NCBI GenBank assembly: GCA_964519955.1
Contig: CAZFLM010000014.1
Coordinates: forward strand, 40,673-104,672
DNA from: an uncultured Chthonomonadaceae bacterium
GTDB lineage: Bacteria; Armatimonadota; Chthonomonadetes; Chthonomonadales; CAJBBX01
DNA length: 64,000 nucleotides
Reading direction: 5' to 3'
Shown: piece after piece, positions 61,842-64,000 of the stretch
How the letters are laid out: every line of letters begins with the position of its first letter
Position numbering within the stretch: position 1 is the stretch's first letter
The notes under the pieces: generated by a model
What the model was told of the DNA's origin: nothing
The model's input: only the letters and a program-made list of their open reading frames with translations
Database searches by the model: none
Program-made: the position numbers and the translations under genes

Positions 61842-63230
61842 ATGAGCGACGGCTTCGCATCGGCCCTGGAGCAGATACGCGGCGCGGCGCGGGGATCCGA
61901 GTTCGAGGGGCGCGTCTTCCTGGTTGGCGGCGCTCTGCGCGACCGCGCCCTCGGCCTGGCCCCGCGCGATGACATCGACCTCGTCGTCGAGGGCGATGCG
62001 CTTGCGCTCGCCCGGCTCCTGCACGATCGCGGCCTCTCCGCGCACGCACCGGTACTCTACCCGCGGTTCGGCACCGCCAAGCTGTCGGTTGACGGCTGCG
62101 ACGTCGAGTTGGCGTCGGCACGGGCTGAGAGTTATACCCCATCGAGCCGCAAGCCCTCGGTCCGCCGCGCCACGCTGGGCGACGACGTGCTGCGCCGCGA
62201 CTTCACCATCAACACGCTCGTCGAGAACCTGCACACGGGCGAGGAGATGGACCTCACCGGGCGCGCAAGGGCGGACCTGCGGGCCGGCATCGTCCGCACG
62301 CCGCTCGATCCCGTGGTCACGTTCCGCGACGACCCGCTGCGGATGCTGCGCGCGGTGCGCTTCGCCGTGCGCTTCGGCTTCGAGATCGAGGAGGCCACCT
62401 GGCAGGCAGTCATCGCGGAGTCCGGCCGGCTCGATCTGCTCGGCCCGCAGCCGCCGGTGGTCTCGGCGGAGCGCATTCGCGACGAGTTCGCCAAGACGCT
62501 CCTCAGCCCCGACCCGGCGCGCGGGATGGAGCTGCTGCGCGACGGCCATCTGCTGCGCCAGTTCGCGCCGGAGCTGCTGGAGATGGTCGGCGTCACCCAG
62601 AACGAGTGGCACTGCCACGACGTGTGGGACCACACGATGGCGGTGCTCCGGGCCGCCCCGCCGGATGCCCCTATCGAGGTGCGCCTGGCGCTGCTGCTGC
62701 ACGACGCCGGCAAGCCCCGGACCCGTTCCGAGGACCCGAAGGGCGTACACTTCTACGAGCACCAGCGCGTCAGCGAGGAGATCGCGCGCAGCCTGTTGCA
62801 CCGCCTCAAGTTCGCCAACCATGAGGTCGCGGAGGTGGCGGCGCTCGTCGGGCTGCACATGCGCTTCGGAGAGGCCAAACCCGAGTGGTCCGACGCGGCG
62901 ATCCGGCGCCTGATCCGCGACACGGCTCCGCACATCGACCGGCTGTTCACCGTCTCCGGGTGCGATATGGCCGGCATGGACCCGAACGCGCCGAAGACCG
63001 ACCTGGAGGCCCTGCGCCGGCGGCTGGACGACGTGGAGGCCGCGTCCCACGCATCGCGGATCGTCAGCCCCCTCGACGGCGTGGAGATCATGCGCATCCT
63101 CGGCATCCCGGGCGGCCCGCGGGTCGGCGAGGCGAAGGAGTTCCTCGTCAACGAGATCGTGGAGGGCCGCCTGCAGCCGGGCGACCAGGAGGCGGCGGAG
63201 CAGGTAGTGAGGAGGTGGGCCGGCCTATGA
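61842..63230 (+). CDS. cca: CCA-adding tRNA nucleotidyltransferase (PolyA-pol head domain + HD domain)
   Basis: I chose the start ATG at 61842. Shows VFLVGGALRDRALGLAPRDDIDLVV and the HD motif LLLHDAGKP. Confidence 0.85.
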   Translation: MSDGFASALEQIRGAARGSEFEGRVFLVGGALRDRALGLAPRDDIDLVVEGDALALARLLHDRGLSAHAPVLYPRFGTAKLSVDGCDVELASARAESYTPSSRKPSVRRATLGDDVLRRDFTINTLVENLHTGEEMDLTGRARADLRAGIVRTPLDPVVTFRDDPLRMLRAVRFAVRFGFEIEEATWQAVIAESGRLDLLGPQPPVVSAERIRDEFAKTLLSPDPARGMELLRDGHLLRQFAPELLEMVGVTQNEWHCHDVWDHTMAVLRAAPPDAPIEVRLALLLHDAGKPRTRSEDPKGVHFYEHQRVSEEIARSLLHRLKFANHEVAEVAALVGLHMRFGEAKPEWSDAAIRRLIRDTAPHIDRLFTVSGCDMAGMDPNAPKTDLEALRRRLDDVEAASHASRIVSPLDGVEIMRILGIPGGPRVGEAKEFLVNEIVEGRLQPGDQEAAEQVVRRWAGL

Positions 63231-64000
63231 TGGACCATGTGGTGCTGTGCGGCCTCGGCAAGGTGGGCTTCTCCGTCCTGGAGCTGCTCCACCGCCTCCG
63301 GCTCGATGTCGTGGTCGTCACGCGCGACGTCAACGTCGACTGGCTGCGCCGCGCCCAGACGATGGCCAAGCGCCTCATGCTCGCCGACGCCCGCGCCGAC
63401 GACGCGCTGCAGGGCGCCGACATCGAGAAGGCGCGCGCCCTCATCGTGGCGACCGACGACGACCTGATCAACCTCGAGATTGCGATGGACGCCCGCCGCC
63501 TGGCGCCGCACGTACCGGTGGTGGTCCGCCTCTTCGACATGCACCTCGCCCAGCGCGTGCAGCGCGATCTCGGGGTGCGGGCGGTGCTGAACTCGGCCAC
63601 GCTGGCTGCCCCGGCGTTCATCGCCGCCGCGCTGGGCGACCGGTTCGTGCGCGCCTTCGAGATCGGCGACGCCGACGTCGACATCATGGTGCACGAGGTG
63701 ACGCCCGAGGAGGAGCGGGCCGGCGCAACGCTCGAAGCGTTCTGCGCGGGGCATCGGGCCGCGCCCCTCGGTTTGCGCCGCGGTCCGGAGAGCGACGACC
63801 GCGAGGTGGCGCCCGCGATGCCCGTGCGTGCCGGTGACCAGATCTTCGCGGCGCTCGCCCGCAAGCAGGCGTCGGACGGCGGAACAGCCGCGCCCAGGCC
63901 GCGCAAGCGCCGCTTCTGGCAGCACCCGCCAGTCGAGCCGCTGCTCCTTGCCCGGCGGATCTGGAAGGCAACGTCGGCGCCGTTCCGGCTCATCATCATC
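63227..64000 (+). CDS. TrkA-N/RCK-domain protein (potassium channel/transport regulatory domain), 5' part; runs off window end
   Basis: Not in the ORF track because it has no stop in the window. My own translation from ATG 63227 (ATGA overlap with the cca stop): MMDHVVLCGLGKVGFSVLELLHRLRLDVVVVTRD...IVATDDDLINLEIAM... The GxGxxG Rossmann motif is typical of TrkA-N. Confidence 0.65.
   Translation, partial: MMDHVVLCGLGKVGFSVLELLHRLRLDVVVVTRDVNVDWLRRAQTMAKRLMLADARADDALQGADIEKARALIVATDDDLINLEIAMDARRLAPHVPVVVRLFDMHLAQRVQRDLGVRAVLNSATLAAPAFIAAALGDRFVRAFEIGDADVDIMVHEVTPEEERAGATLEAFCAGHRAAPLGLRRGPESDDREVAPAMPVRAGDQIFAALARKQASDGGTAAPRPRKRRFWQHPPVEPLLLARRIWKATSAPFRLIII

Overview
High-GC (about 70%) bacterial chromosomal window with roughly 60 protein genes. 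I saw no rRNA, tRNA or CRISPR array. The host is possibly Armatimonadota or a PVC-type organism; I infer this only from the [12 protein letters not shown]-type prepilin-like proteins and a PEP-CTERM protein. Many of the longest ORFs in the track are antisense shadows typical of GC-rich DNA, and several real genes start well inside the listed ORFs. Start/stop overlaps of 4 nt (ATGA or GTGA) are common. Canonical TATAAT-like -10 boxes stand out against the GC background.

Main content:
1. 1-7025 (-): the 5' half of an extracellular contractile injection system (eCIS, phage-tail-like) operon. Gene order is a 293-aa unknown, sheath, tube, double-CPECG protein, P/A-rich protein, DUF4255/Pvc16-like, and a P-loop ATPase-like gene that runs off the window. 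A near-consensus sigma-54 promoter and a vapBC pair lie upstream.
2. 8099-12931 (-): a sugar-type ABC operon with a fused binding-protein/permease gene. A tyrosine-recombinase-like gene that appears to lack the catalytic Tyr sits between the two permease genes and is translationally coupled.
3. 13219-13884 (+): a PEP-CTERM protein gene behind a second sigma-54 promoter.
4. Housekeeping blocks: a BMP-type ABC transporter, ileS-traR/dksA-lspA-lgt-glcDEF, rpiB-glyA, dCMP deaminase, a GT4 transferase, panB-coaX-coaBC-panC, fba, folK, cspA, purL/purF/purM, cca.
5. 35046-37340 (-): a tandem duplication of a module made of a prepilin-type protein and a small single-pass membrane protein.
6. 47071-53372 (+): four tandem GspF/PilC-type platform paralogs followed by a translationally coupled J-domain/TPR/multi-TM protein. 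No secretion ATPase, secretin or pilin gene is adjacent.
7. GC-rich hairpin repeats of about 40 bp (REP-like) and several heptamer-periodic intergenic repeats.

The eCIS locus with its sigma-54 control and the 4xGspF + J-domain cluster are the best candidates for something new.
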